Of a DNA stretch of 42,635 bases, positions 9,023 through 19,245 are shown piece after piece. Under the pieces are notes generated by a model. That model worked only from the letters and a program-made list of their open reading frames with translations, was not told the DNA's origin and did not search any database. The DNA lies in IMG/VR virus record IMGVR_UViG_3300010206_000012, positions 1 to 42,635 of that record; one strand, 5' to 3'. Each line of letters starts with the position of its first letter. Positions within the stretch are counted from its first letter, which is position 1. The DNA comes from a virus. Lineage: Duplodnaviria > Caudoviricetes. The position numbers and the translations under genes were made by a program.

Positions 9023-11955
9023 CAGAACACCCCTTTCAGCGCGCAGCTGGTCATGGCTGCAATCAGGTCGGTATCGGCTTGCAGATCGTCGAGCAGGTCA
9101 CCCACGGTGATCGTCGGCACCGTGCCCCCTTCGCCTGCCGGGCCAATCGGCACAGCCGTGTCGCGGCGCATCGACCAGCTGTCCTGCGCCGCGTCCAACT
9201 CGGTGGCGTCCGATATCGGTTTTCCGATATCGGCCTGAAGTTCCGCGTTGGCGCGGGCATCCGTTCCCAGCCACGATTTCATGTCCGCATCGAGCGCTGC
9301 AACGACCCGCTCAACTGCCGGGCTTTCCGCGCCGTCGGTGAACCGCGCAGCGTCGAATGCCGAAATATCGCCCAGCGGCTCAACCGGCGCGTCACCGCTC
9401 ACATCTCCCGTTCTGGCGGGGGTGAATGCCGTGCGCCCGTCGAAGCCCTCCACGGCGCGCGCCAGCGCCTGTGCGGGCGTCACCGGCGCGTCGAAGATAT
9501 CGGCCATGTCGGCGCGGCCCACCACGGCGGCCTCGGCCGCATAGCGGCGCAGGATCTCGCCCACCGCCTCGGCCGGGCGGGCGCGCTTGCCTTTGAAGAA
9601 GGCGCCGATCAGCGCTTCCACCAGCGGGTCACGATCGCCGAACAGATCGGCCTGCGCCAGCCGGTCGCGGATCGCGGCCAGAACGCCTTGGCCGTCCAGG
9701 TTCTCGGTTCGCGCCTTGGCGATCAGGCGCACCGTATCCATCAGCGCATCGGTGATGTCGAATTCGGCGCGCACATAGCCCGCCTCGATCATCGATCGGA
9801 ACGCCGCCCAATCAGGCGCCAGATCCTCGAGCATGCGCAGCAGGCTTTCGATGGCAGGGCTTTCCGTCTCGGCCGCCATGCGCAGCAGATCATCGGCGCC
9901 AAAAGCGCGGGCAAACAGCGCCGAACGGATCCGGCGCAGCCCGTCGATGTTCAGCCGCCCTTCGGCTGTCAGCAGCGCGGCGCGTTCCGATTGCGGCATC
10001 AGCGCCAGCATGGTGCGCACGAAACCGGCGTTCTCCGGGGCATTCAGGCCGCGACCCGGCTGATAGGCATCGAAGCTGCGGGCGGTCAGGTAATCGCCCT
10101 CAAGCCGCGCCTGTTCGCTGGGCGCCATGCGGGCGATCGAGCTGGTATTCGCTTCGCGCACGAAGGCGCGGCGTTCTTCGGGGGTGAACGTGTTGGTGCG
10201 CTCGGCCACCAGAACCGGGCGCGTTACCCCCTCGGGGATCTCGGCATGCTCGCGCACCGCCTTGAGATAGGCGGCATAGCCTTCCGGGTTTTCGGTCGCG
10301 GCCCGGTTCAGCGCCGCTACCCGGCCGTTGCCGCTTTCCACCACCATGTCGGGGCCAATGATCGGCGTGCCCCGGTCTGCCTCGGTCGCGGGCATCAGCC
10401 GGGCAGGGTCAAGCCGCGCCGCCATTTCGGCAATCTGTTCGTCGCTGGCCGCGCGAGAGCGGTCACGCGGCTGCAGATCTCCGGCCGCGGCCTTCAGTTC
10501 CGAGGCGTCGACGACACGGTAACGCACCGGGACGCGGGTGCCGCCCGGCGTCACCACCTCGTCGACACGGGTCGAGAAATCGCGTCGGCCACCAGTGTCA
10601 CTGCCGCGCGACGGGCCAGCATAGGCGCCGCTCGTGCCGGGGCGGAACTCGGCGTTCGGGCCGCGATAGCCGACCCAGGCACCTGTGCCCTGATCGCGGT
10701 AGATCCACTGGCCCAGCCGCTCTTGCAGCGCGGCCGTCATCTTTTCGCTGCCTTTCAGCCCCAGCGCAGCCTTGGCATCGCGCAGGGTCGATCCGACAAT
10801 CTGATAGGCACCCATCGGCGTGGCGACGCGGCCGATCTTCCCCTTCACCCACTGGCCATAGGCGCCATCCGGGGCCGAAAAGGCGATGGCTTCATCCACC
10901 GTCATCTCGGTCAGCTTCACACCGGAAAACGGCCCGCCTGCCCGGTTCGAGAAACTGAACAGCGCGTCATAATCGCCACCGCTCTCTCCCGCAAAAATCC
11001 CGCCTCGGATCGCCTGCCAGTTTGCGGGCGCATCCGGTGTCACGGGGGGCAGGCCATCGGCGGCGGCATGAACGGGCGGCTCCTGCCCCTTGCGCATTGC
11101 GGCCTCTGCGGCATCTGCGGCCAGCTCGCCCTGCAGGCCAGCGCCCTCGGCGGCCATTGCCGCATTTTCCGCCTGCTTGCGCCCCATGACGTAAGACAGC
11201 GCCCGGCCCGCGCCGCCCAGCACACCGGCAAAGGCAGCACCAGCCGCCCCGGCCAGCCCGATCTGGCCTGCGGTTTCCCCGGCGCTTACCTCGCGCCCCA
11301 TTTCTTCGGCAACGCCACGGCGCTTGAAGGCCATCGGCACTTCGGCGGCCATGTTGATCCCGGCTTCGGAGGCCATGAACTTCGCCATGCCCTTCCAGCC
11401 GGTGCCGGTTCCGCCGCCCGCAAAGAGCAGGGGCAGCGACCATTCATCGGTCAGCGCGACCGCGGCAGACCCGGCAAAGCGCGCGACGCCGTGGCTCGAA
11501 TAGCGCAGCACTGCATCTGCATCATCCAGCTCGATCTGGCGGCGCCGGTTCTTCTCGCGCTCCAGTTCTTCGCGGCTGGCGGGAAGCGGATAAAACGCCC
11601 CAGGGTCTGTTTGGCGGCGCTCCCTTACGATGTCGAAGATTTCGTCATCCGACATCTGAAAGGCGAATTGCTGCATCAGACGCGGATCCGGGTTGGCAGG
11701 GCCAGCGTCGCCGCTGAGCAGCCCGTAATCCTGCATCCCTTTCACATAGCCGGGCTCTTTCGCAAAGTTCTCGCCCTTGATCGCCTTGTAGGCGTCTTCC
11801 ATGATTTCGGCTTCGATATACCGATCATGGTTCCAATAGTTGCTGTCGGCTACATCGCGGGCCGCGCCCGCGGAAGCGGTTTCCCACCAGCCCGGAAACG
11901 TGCCCTCGAATTTCGGCAACGTCTCCGGGTCGCGCGGTTTCAGCGGCCAGTTCAT
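9022..11955 (-). CDS. Internal virion protein with lysozyme-like muramidase domain and ddrB-like ParB domain
   Basis: GESGGDY..LTEMTVDE..GAYQIV..TL (lambda-lysozyme-like); VRYRVVD..LQPRDRSR..LDPARL..GTPII..VVESGNGR (ddrB-ParB). Confidence 0.72.
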   Translation of the reverse strand: MNWPLKPRDPETLPKFEGTFPGWWETASAGAARDVADSNYWNHDRYIEAEIMEDAYKAIKGENFAKEPGYVKGMQDYGLLSGDAGPANPDPRLMQQFAFQMSDDEIFDIVRERRQTDPGAFYPLPASREELEREKNRRRQIELDDADAVLRYSSHGVARFAGSAAVALTDEWSLPLLFAGGGTGTGWKGMAKFMASEAGINMAAEVPMAFKRRGVAEEMGREVSAGETAGQIGLAGAAGAAFAGVLGGAGRALSYVMGRKQAENAAMAAEGAGLQGELAADAAEAAMRKGQEPPVHAAADGLPPVTPDAPANWQAIRGGIFAGESGGDYDALFSFSNRAGGPFSGVKLTEMTVDEAIAFSAPDGAYGQWVKGKIGRVATPMGAYQIVGSTLRDAKAALGLKGSEKMTAALQERLGQWIYRDQGTGAWVGYRGPNAEFRPGTSGAYAGPSRGSDTGGRRDFSTRVDEVVTPGGTRVPVRYRVVDASELKAAAGDLQPRDRSRAASDEQIAEMAARLDPARLMPATEADRGTPIIGPDMVVESGNGRVAALNRAATENPEGYAAYLKAVREHAEIPEGVTRPVLVAERTNTFTPEERRAFVREANTSSIARMAPSEQARLEGDYLTARSFDAYQPGRGLNAPENAGFVRTMLALMPQSERAALLTAEGRLNIDGLRRIRSALFARAFGADDLLRMAAETESPAIESLLRMLEDLAPDWAAFRSMIEAGYVRAEFDITDALMDTVRLIAKARTENLDGQGVLAAIRDRLAQADLFGDRDPLVEALIGAFFKGKRARPAEAVGEILRRYAAEAAVVGRADMADIFDAPVTPAQALARAVEGFDGRTAFTPARTGDVSGDAPVEPLGDISAFDAARFTDGAESPAVERVVAALDADMKSWLGTDARANAELQADIGKPISDATELDAAQDSWSMRRDTAVPIGPAGEGGTVPTITVGDLLDDLQADTDLIAAMTSCALKGVF

Positions 11956-14060
11956 TGCCCGCCCCCAAAGCTTGCCAGCTTGGCGGCGTCGATCCGGTAG
12001 GGCGCGCCTTTGGCGTCGGTCAGAACGGCCATCCGGCCCGTGGTCGGGTCAAGCGTTTGCAGCGCGAACTGGCCGTTATAAAGCGGCGTCAGGCTCAGCT
12101 GCCAGCCGCCCCAGCTTTTCAGATCACCGTCCGAAACCGGAACCCCGCCCACCAGCGGCACGCTGTCACTGGCCGAAATCGCCTTCCACGCATCCGGCCC
12201 GGCTTTCGCCACGGTTTCAATGTTGCGCTCCAGCGCGCGGCCGGAAACGCCGCGCGGCATCAGGGTGATTTGCCCCATCACCTTTTGCACGCCGCCCGTC
12301 GCCAGATCGTCGTCAAATCCGCCAGATCCGGCCAGAACCTTGTGCAGGCAATCCCTCCATCGATCTTCGTCGATCAGGATCGGGTCGGATCCGCTCTTGC
12401 GCACATAGCTGTCATCGAAGGTTTCGGCGGCATAAAGCGCATCCGTGGCGGCGATGATCGCATCACGCACCGGTTTTTCGTCCGGCTCTCCCTGCACGGT
12501 GCCATCGGAAAACAATCCGTAGAACTCCTTGAAGAACAGGCTGCGGCGCGCTTTTTCCTGCGGCAGCTGGATGTCCTTCGTTTCCATCAGGCGGCGCCCG
12601 TTGAACACGCGCCGCGCCACGCCCTCATTGCCGCCATTCGCCAGCATACCGCCCACCATGCGGAACACCGGATCGGCGCCGATCTGGGCTGCGGCCACAT
12701 CGGCATCTTCGCCGAACCCGGCGGCGAGCGCGCTCGACAGTTTCACCAGCTGCTCGGGGCTGTTGCTTGGCGCCACTGCCGCCTTCAGGCTTTCGGCCTC
12801 GGCGGGGGTGAAATACTGCGCCTTCGGCAGATAGCCGTTGCTCACCAGCGTATCGACGCCACGGGCGCGCGCCCCGAAGGCGGTGGCGAAATCGTCGGCC
12901 CCGCCCGCCACCGGGTCGGGCAACGGATTGGCATCCATCCAATCCATCTTTGCGGCATAGCTGATCGGGTCTTTCGCCAGCCCCTCTTCGGCGGCGCTCA
13001 CGGCCGATTGCATGGCCTCTGCCAGATTGGCCTCATAGCCTTTCGAAATCGCGGATTTCTGCTCTTCGGCCAGAATGCGCTTTTGCGCCGCCAAAGGCAG
13101 GCTGGTGAATTCCGGCATCGCCTTTGCCAGCGCCTGCGCATGGGCATATTCCCGCGCCTCGGGCAGGGCGGCAATCGTCGGATCGGCCAGCATCGCCCCC
13201 ACGGTTTCGGCATCGGCAAAGGGGCGCCCGGCGCGATAGCTGTCGATCCCGTCTTTCAGCCGCGTCGCGGCATTGGCGAGCCGTTCCTTTTCCGCCACCT
13301 TGCCGCGCGCCTCGGCCTTGGCGGCATTCGCGCGCAGCTGGGCCACAGTGCGGTCGCGCAGATCCACGCGCGCAGCGGGCGACATATTCGGGTAGGCAGG
13401 ATTTTTCGGATCGTCGAGCCGCGCCAACAATGCTTGCGGGTCGCTGTCCAGAAGCTTGCTGGCGTCCAGATTTTCCAGCGCGGCTGCTGTGTCCATTTTC
13501 AGCTTTTGGGCGTCTTCCGGCTTTATCGTGCCGTTGGCGACCATGGCGTCGAGGTGGTCTTCCCATTGCCCGAGCATGACCGCGCGACCGGTTTCGCCTG
13601 CGTTGCCCGCGGTGGTGATCACCGTTTGCTGCATCTGCGCCGTGGTCGCCATGCGCTCGGACTGGCGCAGATCGATCGCCCGCTTGCCCAGTTCGAACCC
13701 GTGCGCCGCCTGCAGCTCGTCGAACATTTCCGCGCCGGGGCCTTGCGAGCGCGCACTCAGCCCGCCCAGGATCTGCTGGCGCAGCTCCTGCGCGCGGGGG
13801 CCAAAGTTGGCGTCGATGTCATCCGGGCTGCCGCTTTGTTCGAATTCAAGCCGCAGGTCGTTCAGCCCCTGCATCGCTTTCACTTTTGCCGCGGCCACTT
13901 CGCGCTGGCTGCGCTCTTCCTCGATCGCCGTGCCCACCTGCAACAGCTTCTCGCCAAGGCCCGCCACGGCGCCCCCGGCGTCCGACGCAACCACCGGCAC
14001 AGCCGCCATGTTCGGCGCGCGCCCTGCGATCACCCCGGCTTGCGGAACGGTCAGGCTCAT
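11952..14060 (-). CDS. Internal virion (ejection) protein
   Basis: 702 aa, Ala-rich and helical, in the ejection gene cluster, coupled to neighbours. Confidence 0.6.
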   Translation of the reverse strand: MSLTVPQAGVIAGRAPNMAAVPVVASDAGGAVAGLGEKLLQVGTAIEEERSQREVAAAKVKAMQGLNDLRLEFEQSGSPDDIDANFGPRAQELRQQILGGLSARSQGPGAEMFDELQAAHGFELGKRAIDLRQSERMATTAQMQQTVITTAGNAGETGRAVMLGQWEDHLDAMVANGTIKPEDAQKLKMDTAAALENLDASKLLDSDPQALLARLDDPKNPAYPNMSPAARVDLRDRTVAQLRANAAKAEARGKVAEKERLANAATRLKDGIDSYRAGRPFADAETVGAMLADPTIAALPEAREYAHAQALAKAMPEFTSLPLAAQKRILAEEQKSAISKGYEANLAEAMQSAVSAAEEGLAKDPISYAAKMDWMDANPLPDPVAGGADDFATAFGARARGVDTLVSNGYLPKAQYFTPAEAESLKAAVAPSNSPEQLVKLSSALAAGFGEDADVAAAQIGADPVFRMVGGMLANGGNEGVARRVFNGRRLMETKDIQLPQEKARRSLFFKEFYGLFSDGTVQGEPDEKPVRDAIIAATDALYAAETFDDSYVRKSGSDPILIDEDRWRDCLHKVLAGSGGFDDDLATGGVQKVMGQITLMPRGVSGRALERNIETVAKAGPDAWKAISASDSVPLVGGVPVSDGDLKSWGGWQLSLTPLYNGQFALQTLDPTTGRMAVLTDAKGAPYRIDAAKLASFGGGQ

Positions 14061-14620
14061 GCCGTGGTTCCTTTCAGGCCTGGCCAGATATCTTGCGCAC
14101 CCGAGACCAGCGATCCGGCGGCAGAGAACACGCCTTTCAGCATCGAGTTTGCCCCATCCGCCAGCACGGCGCGGCGCTGCGCGGTGAGTTCCGTTTGCCG
14201 CGCGGCGCCGCCTGCGCGCACCGCCTGGCTTTCAAAGCTCATTTCCTGCGCGCCGATCTGGCCCAAAAGCAGGGCGGTCGGGCTGTCAGCCTGCACGCCC
14301 CGGGCAGAAAGCTCGGCGCGTTGCTGCGCGAGCTGCGATCGGAACTGCGCGCGGCGCCGGTTGTCCTCGGTCGCATTGAGCTGCTTTTCCGTGGCCATCT
14401 GTTCGGAAATCGCCGCCGCCTGCACCTTGGCTGCCTTGTTCGCGGCGATGCCCTGGACAAGCGATCCGCCTACGGATGCCACGAGGCCAAGCGTTTGCAG
14501 TGTCGATCCGATCCCGGCTGTTGCCGCCGCGGCCGTGCCCGCTGCGGCAGTCGCTCCAGCAGCCGTGGCACCGGCCCCTGTCAGCCCGGCAAAGAGTGGC
14601 GCAAGCGGTCCCCAGCACAT
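14057..14620 (-). CDS. Small internal virion protein (T7 gp14 positional analogue)
   Basis: MCWGP start (TAATG coupling), Ala/Gly-rich, QQRAELSARGV..SP motif. Confidence 0.65.
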   Translation of the reverse strand: MCWGPLAPLFAGLTGAGATAAGATAAAGTAAAATAGIGSTLQTLGLVASVGGSLVQGIAANKAAKVQAAAISEQMATEKQLNATEDNRRRAQFRSQLAQQRAELSARGVQADSPTALLLGQIGAQEMSFESQAVRAGGAARQTELTAQRRAVLADGANSMLKGVFSAAGSLVSGAQDIWPGLKGTTA

Positions 14621-16902
14621 TACACGGTCACCTCTACTTTTGGCGCGATGCCCAGAACGGTCAGCGGCGCGGCGCCATGCGGTTCGATCCGCAGGCTGAT
14701 CGCCACCGCGTTGCCGCAGGCCAGATCCACGGGCGCAATGCCACTCCACTGGGTCGTCAGATCCGAGCTCACCGGCACGCGCAGCAGCGCGGTGCGCGCC
14801 CGTGCACGCTCGGCCTCTGCCGGGTCGCGCTCGATCGCGCGGATATAACCCTGCGCCGTGCGATGCAGGGCAACAGCGGCACTGGTTACGCGCCGCTTCT
14901 TGCCCGTCGTGTCGCCAATGGGCGAGGGCGCTTGCACATCGAGCGTCTCGGCGAAGTGGGTCGCATCGAAAAGGCCGATGAACCCGGCGGTGGCCGCTGA
15001 CGGCAGGGTGATCTCGCCGCCCTCCGGCACCTCAAGGGGGCCGAACTCTCCGGCATCCGTCCAAGCATAGACGGCAGAGCCCACGAGATGGGGAAGCGAA
15101 AAGGTAGCCCGCGGCGCGGCCTCGCTGATGCGCAGCGCGGCGAACAAATGGTTGGCGTCAAAGGGGCCCGCCGATCCGGACAGAAACGCATGCACGTCGG
15201 AAAGCTCCTCGATCATGCACACCGTCGCGCCGTCGATCTCGCGCTCGATCGCCAGCGTGACGGTATCGAAGCCGGCAATCGCGGCCGGCGTGACGGCAAT
15301 CGACACCACGTCGCCACCGGCGCAAGGCAACACGGCCCAACCGATGACTTCCTCGGCAGGCTCATAGAGCATCGCCACCAGGTCACCGTCATCGCGGCGC
15401 AGCCAGCACATGCGCTGGGGCGACGACTGCCAGGCGATTTCCGAAAATCCCTCGGCGCCCAGGTGCTGCGCCGCCCGGCTCAATTCGGTGGCGCGGTTGG
15501 CGTCCTGCTGGAAATCATAGCCCACCGTCATCACGCGCCGACCGTCGCGCGTGATGAAAATCGGGTCACCGTCCGGCACGATTGGCGGCACCGCGCGGGA
15601 GCCATAGCCACTGTCGACACGAAACACCGCGGTGGTGGCCGAAAGATACTGTGCCGACGCATCCGACCGGCTCGAAAACTCCTGCCCGAGCGCGAAGATA
15701 TGCAGCGCCCGCTTGCCGGACTTCAGGCCCACAATCCGGTTCAGGCTGGCCTGGCCGGAAATCGCATAGGCGAACGCGTCATCCGCCTCGGTTCCGGGCG
15801 ACATGTCCGCGTAATCGCCCACCACCGAAAACCAGACAGTGCGCGGCTCCGAGGGCGTTCCCGCCCCCACGAACCGCTGTTCATGGATTTCAACACAGGC
15901 CGGCCAACCGCGCAGATCCGACCAAGCACCCTCCGACCAGCGATAGGTGGTATCGGTCACGACATTCGGCGGCAGCGGCTCGATCACCGTGCCATGGGCC
16001 ACCCGTGCATCGGTCACCGAGGTGATGCGCACGATGCCGGCATCCTTGCCAAGATATTCCCACCAGTTGAGCGGGTCGATCGACACCTGTTGCGTACCGT
16101 CCTCATGAACCGGCGCGTTCACGCCGGTCTTGACCGATCCGCCGGAGCGCTTGAAGCCAATGGTGCCCGTGCTGTAATCCGCCGTCTCACCCGTCGTGAT
16201 CGGGCGCACATAGCGATAAAGCTTGGCGTCGTTCCGCACGATCTGGCCGATCGACATCGTGGTCTGGCCCGTCCACAGCGGAATGCCGGAATAGTGCTGG
16301 GCCCGGATATGGAAGGCGACGCCGACATGTTCCGGGCGAAAGAGATCTGCAGAGGCGGTCAGCGTGACAGCTCCGGTGGCACCGGATGCGATCAGCGTCA
16401 CCGCCTCGTCGAGGTTTTGCGACTGAAAAGGCCCGGTGAAGGTGGCAGGCCCGATCGTCCAATTATTCAGTGCATAGCGCGCCAGCCGCTGCACCGCGCG
16501 GCGCCCATCCGTGATGTAGATCACATCGGCGCTTTGCACCCACGACAGAACCGGCAGGCTCGCGGCATCGAAGGGCGTGACCAGCTCATAAGGGCCGGTT
16601 CCATCGGCCTTCTGCACCAGCACACCGTAGCGCCACACGCGCATGATGCCGGGTGTGAATTCCAGCACCAGCGCGTCGTTCGCGGCAAACTGAAACGAAA
16701 TCAGGCGCGGGCGCAGATTGGCGCGCGAATATCCCCGAAACACGGTGCCCGGTGCGCGGGTAAAGCCACCCTCGACCATCGGCAGGAAGCCGCGGCAGGC
16801 GCGCAGACCGGTCTGAAAGCGCTGATAGTCGGGGCGGAAATGCAGCGTGGGGGAAACTTCCCCCGAAGAATAGGCCCGCTGCACGAGGTTGGCATGGGTC
16901 AT
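14620..16902 (-). CDS. Tail tubular protein B / nozzle
   Basis: SSGEVSP..RPD, GGFTRAPGT, VQSADVIYI, GWP..HEQR..P.TVWFS motifs of podophage nozzle proteins. Confidence 0.8.
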   Translation of the reverse strand: MTHANLVQRAYSSGEVSPTLHFRPDYQRFQTGLRACRGFLPMVEGGFTRAPGTVFRGYSRANLRPRLISFQFAANDALVLEFTPGIMRVWRYGVLVQKADGTGPYELVTPFDAASLPVLSWVQSADVIYITDGRRAVQRLARYALNNWTIGPATFTGPFQSQNLDEAVTLIASGATGAVTLTASADLFRPEHVGVAFHIRAQHYSGIPLWTGQTTMSIGQIVRNDAKLYRYVRPITTGETADYSTGTIGFKRSGGSVKTGVNAPVHEDGTQQVSIDPLNWWEYLGKDAGIVRITSVTDARVAHGTVIEPLPPNVVTDTTYRWSEGAWSDLRGWPACVEIHEQRFVGAGTPSEPRTVWFSVVGDYADMSPGTEADDAFAYAISGQASLNRIVGLKSGKRALHIFALGQEFSSRSDASAQYLSATTAVFRVDSGYGSRAVPPIVPDGDPIFITRDGRRVMTVGYDFQQDANRATELSRAAQHLGAEGFSEIAWQSSPQRMCWLRRDDGDLVAMLYEPAEEVIGWAVLPCAGGDVVSIAVTPAAIAGFDTVTLAIEREIDGATVCMIEELSDVHAFLSGSAGPFDANHLFAALRISEAAPRATFSLPHLVGSAVYAWTDAGEFGPLEVPEGGEITLPSAATAGFIGLFDATHFAETLDVQAPSPIGDTTGKKRRVTSAAVALHRTAQGYIRAIERDPAEAERARARTALLRVPVSSDLTTQWSGIAPVDLACGNAVAISLRIEPHGAAPLTVLGIAPKVEVTV

Positions 16903-17495
16903 CTGGTGACCTCGTCAGCCCACCAGCCGTGCGGTTCGTCATCATCATAGGCTTGCGGCGACGCACTTTCCCGATCGGCGCGCCGCGCGGCCGTCACCTG
17001 CCGATCGAGCTCGGCGGCAATCCGCTCCACATCGGTAGCCGCCTCGGCATGCGATGCCGCCATATAGCTCGCCAGCTGCGCCGCGACTGCCATGCGAAAA
17101 GCTGCGGGAAGCTTCGCCTCCTGGTCGATGATTGCCGTGTAGCGGATCATCAGCGGCCCGGGGGCATCGGCGCGCAGCAGCTGCGATTTGTCGATGCGCC
17201 AGCGCGCGTCACCGAACACCTTGCGCATGGCCACGAAATCACCGGGCAGCGTGTAGGCATAGGGCAGATCCGGGTCCGCAATCACCATATCGCCCAGCAC
17301 CGCCTCTGGCAGTGCAACAACAGACGACGCAAAGGACCAGTCAGCCAGTTCGAGGCAGGCCCGAAGTGCGACGGGGTAAAGCTGGGCCGCATCGCGCGCC
17401 TTGTCGCTGTCATCCGAAAACGACGACGGCGGCGCCAGCTTCAGATAGCGGAACGCCTGGCTGACAATGACGGATGTGGCAGAGGCTTGCGCCAT
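16899..17495 (-). CDS. Tail tubular protein A / head-tail adaptor
   Basis: WSFA..V.L, YAYTLPGD, F..AVAAQLA motifs; position after the capsid module. Confidence 0.78.
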   Translation of the reverse strand: MAQASATSVIVSQAFRYLKLAPPSSFSDDSDKARDAAQLYPVALRACLELADWSFASSVVALPEAVLGDMVIADPDLPYAYTLPGDFVAMRKVFGDARWRIDKSQLLRADAPGPLMIRYTAIIDQEAKLPAAFRMAVAAQLASYMAASHAEAATDVERIAAELDRQVTAARRADRESASPQAYDDDEPHGWWADEVTR

Positions 17496-17552
17496 GATGC
17501 TCCCCGATGCGCAAGGCCCGGGCGCATCCGCCCGGGCCGGTCTCGAAGCGGA

Positions 17553-18011
17553 TCAACGATCGCGGTAATGGATCTCGAATTTCATCGACCCGGCGCCGGT
17601 CGCCGCCGCAATCGCATGCGCGTAAAGCGAGATCATGCCCGAAGGCGGCGGGGCTGCCAGGCCCAGCACCTGCCAAAGCGGCTTGCCGTGGTTCGCATCG
17701 CCAAAGGCGATCGGCTGCACCGTGGCGCCGGCAGATTTCAGCACCTGCGTCAGCGCATCGACGTCGGTTTGGGTGCCGATCGACACGGTGGCGAAGCCCC
17801 AGCCCGAGACCAGAAACGCGGTGCCCGAGCCAAGGATTGCATGCGCCGGGATATCGGCCAGGTGATAGGTCGACCCGGCGCTGTCGCTGGCGCTGTTGGC
17901 GATTGCGCCGGTGGCAACGATCGGGCGGCCGCGCACCAGTTCCGGGTCGGCCGGCCGCGTGCCGGCGGCGATATCCGGCACAAGGTTGGATTTGACTTTG
18001 ACGACGGCCAT
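17553..18011 (-). CDS. Capsid cement/decoration protein
   Basis: 152 aa beta-rich protein directly after the MCP; GGAGG RBS. Confidence 0.55.
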   Translation of the reverse strand: MAVVKVKSNLVPDIAAGTRPADPELVRGRPIVATGAIANSASDSAGSTYHLADIPAHAILGSGTAFLVSGWGFATVSIGTQTDVDALTQVLKSAGATVQPIAFGDANHGKPLWQVLGLAAPPPSGMISLYAHAIAAATGAGSMKFEIHYRDR

Positions 18012-18083
18012 CTGGCCCTCCTGCTACCGAATTGGGGTGGGGAATGGCGGCAGATCAGCCCGCCGCCACAGCGATCAGGCCGA

Positions 18084-19016
18084 TCAGCTTTCCTTGCACT
18101 CGAGCACGATCACGCCTTTGTCCTGGGCGCGCACGACATCGGCATAGGTGTCGACGTGGCAGTAGGGCAGGTTCTTGGCGTGGGTGTCGTTCCACATGTT
18201 GCCGATGATGCCCTGCCATTCGGCATAGATGATGTTCGACTTCGCCCAGATCGGGCAGTAGCGAATATCCGAAGTGGTGGGCTTCAACGGCAGACGGTTG
18301 GTGAAGATCCACGTCACGCCCATCAGCGTGGTGGGCTTGCCGTCCTGGATCTGCTTCAGCTCGAAGGCATTGAGCGCCGTGCCCGACAGCGCGGCGATGC
18401 GCAGCAGGTCGGATTTCTGCTTCGGCGTGATCGCGCAGAACAGTTGATCCATGTTGTCTTCAAGGCCGAAGTCAGCCAGGTTCAGCATCTCGGTTGCGGC
18501 GATCAGCTTGTCGACGGTCATGCCGGTGCCGCCGTTCGCCAGAAACTGGCTGGCGGGCAGGGCGGTGCCCACGCCCGGCGTCTTGCCTTCGCGCGCGATG
18601 CCCAGAATGCCGCCTTCGGTCACCTCATAGGTGCCGTCGATGGTCTTCGAAACGCCAAACGCGATGTCGGCGCAGCCCCGGTTCACCGCCAGCGTATGCG
18701 CGCGGACAAAGGTCGAGGTCGGGTCGGTCGCGGTCCGGAACTTGTCTTCCTTGGTGATGTACTGGCCGCTCTCGATCGAGGGGCCAAGCACCGCCCAGCG
18801 ACGGCTCGCCGTAACCGGGTTTTCCGGGTTCACGCGCGATTTTTCTTCGCCGCGCTTGTATTCGATGCTGCCGATCAGATCCGAAACCGATTGCGCTTCG
18901 CCGCTGGCCGGCGCGCGCGTCACGGCATTCATCACCGGGTTCATGGTCTGCTGTGCGACCATGGCAACCGACGACGCATATTGCAGCTTGTGAAGCTGCG
19001 TCACTTCAAGGGACAT
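18084..19016 (-). CDS. Major capsid protein
   Basis: ATG at 19016 with GGAGGGG RBS; Y..V.M.AQQ, RRW, DK.R...DPTS, F...NRL, R..DKGV motifs of BPP-1-like MCPs. Confidence 0.85.
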   Translation of the reverse strand: MSLEVTQLHKLQYASSVAMVAQQTMNPVMNAVTRAPASGEAQSVSDLIGSIEYKRGEEKSRVNPENPVTASRRWAVLGPSIESGQYITKEDKFRTATDPTSTFVRAHTLAVNRGCADIAFGVSKTIDGTYEVTEGGILGIAREGKTPGVGTALPASQFLANGGTGMTVDKLIAATEMLNLADFGLEDNMDQLFCAITPKQKSDLLRIAALSGTALNAFELKQIQDGKPTTLMGVTWIFTNRLPLKPTTSDIRYCPIWAKSNIIYAEWQGIIGNMWNDTHAKNLPYCHVDTYADVVRAQDKGVIVLECKES

Positions 19017-19059
19017 GCTCCCCTCCATGAAAACTGACGATGTTTTGCGAGTTTTCGGA

Positions 19060-19160
19060 AGGGGTGCCCGGATCTCCGGACCCTGCCTTGATGATCCGCT
19101 CATCTGGGCGGCAGCGCTTGAGCTGCATCAGCAGGACCGCACTATGCGCACGGGTGCCCC
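19060..19160 (-). ncRNA. Candidate structured leader RNA of the capsid gene
   Basis: Two permuted GGGCACCC/GGUCC bulged hairpins flanking a multi-stem junction (CCUGC/GCAGG, UGAUG/CAUCA, GCAGC/GCUGC, CCGC/GCGG). Confidence 0.5.
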
Positions 19161-19199
19161 ACAACATATAGGGCTACCACGATTTTGCCGCACTGCAAG

Positions 19200-19227
19200 A
19201 GTTTTTCGCCCCGGAAAGCCGGGGCGA
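19200..19227. repeat. Hairpin direct repeat, copy 1 (cassette boundary)
   Basis: AGTTTTTCGCCCCGG-aaag-CCGGGGCGA; same as 20870-20897 except the loop. Confidence 0.85.
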
Positions 19228-19245
19228 AGCAATCAAGTGCGAATT

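Noticed and set aside
19150-19180. 10-bp matches between the capsid leader and the c4 region (GGGCTACCAC, ACGGGTGCCC) suggesting C4 control of capsid
   Set aside because: Short, GC-rich matches with no adjacent b-type target; may be chance
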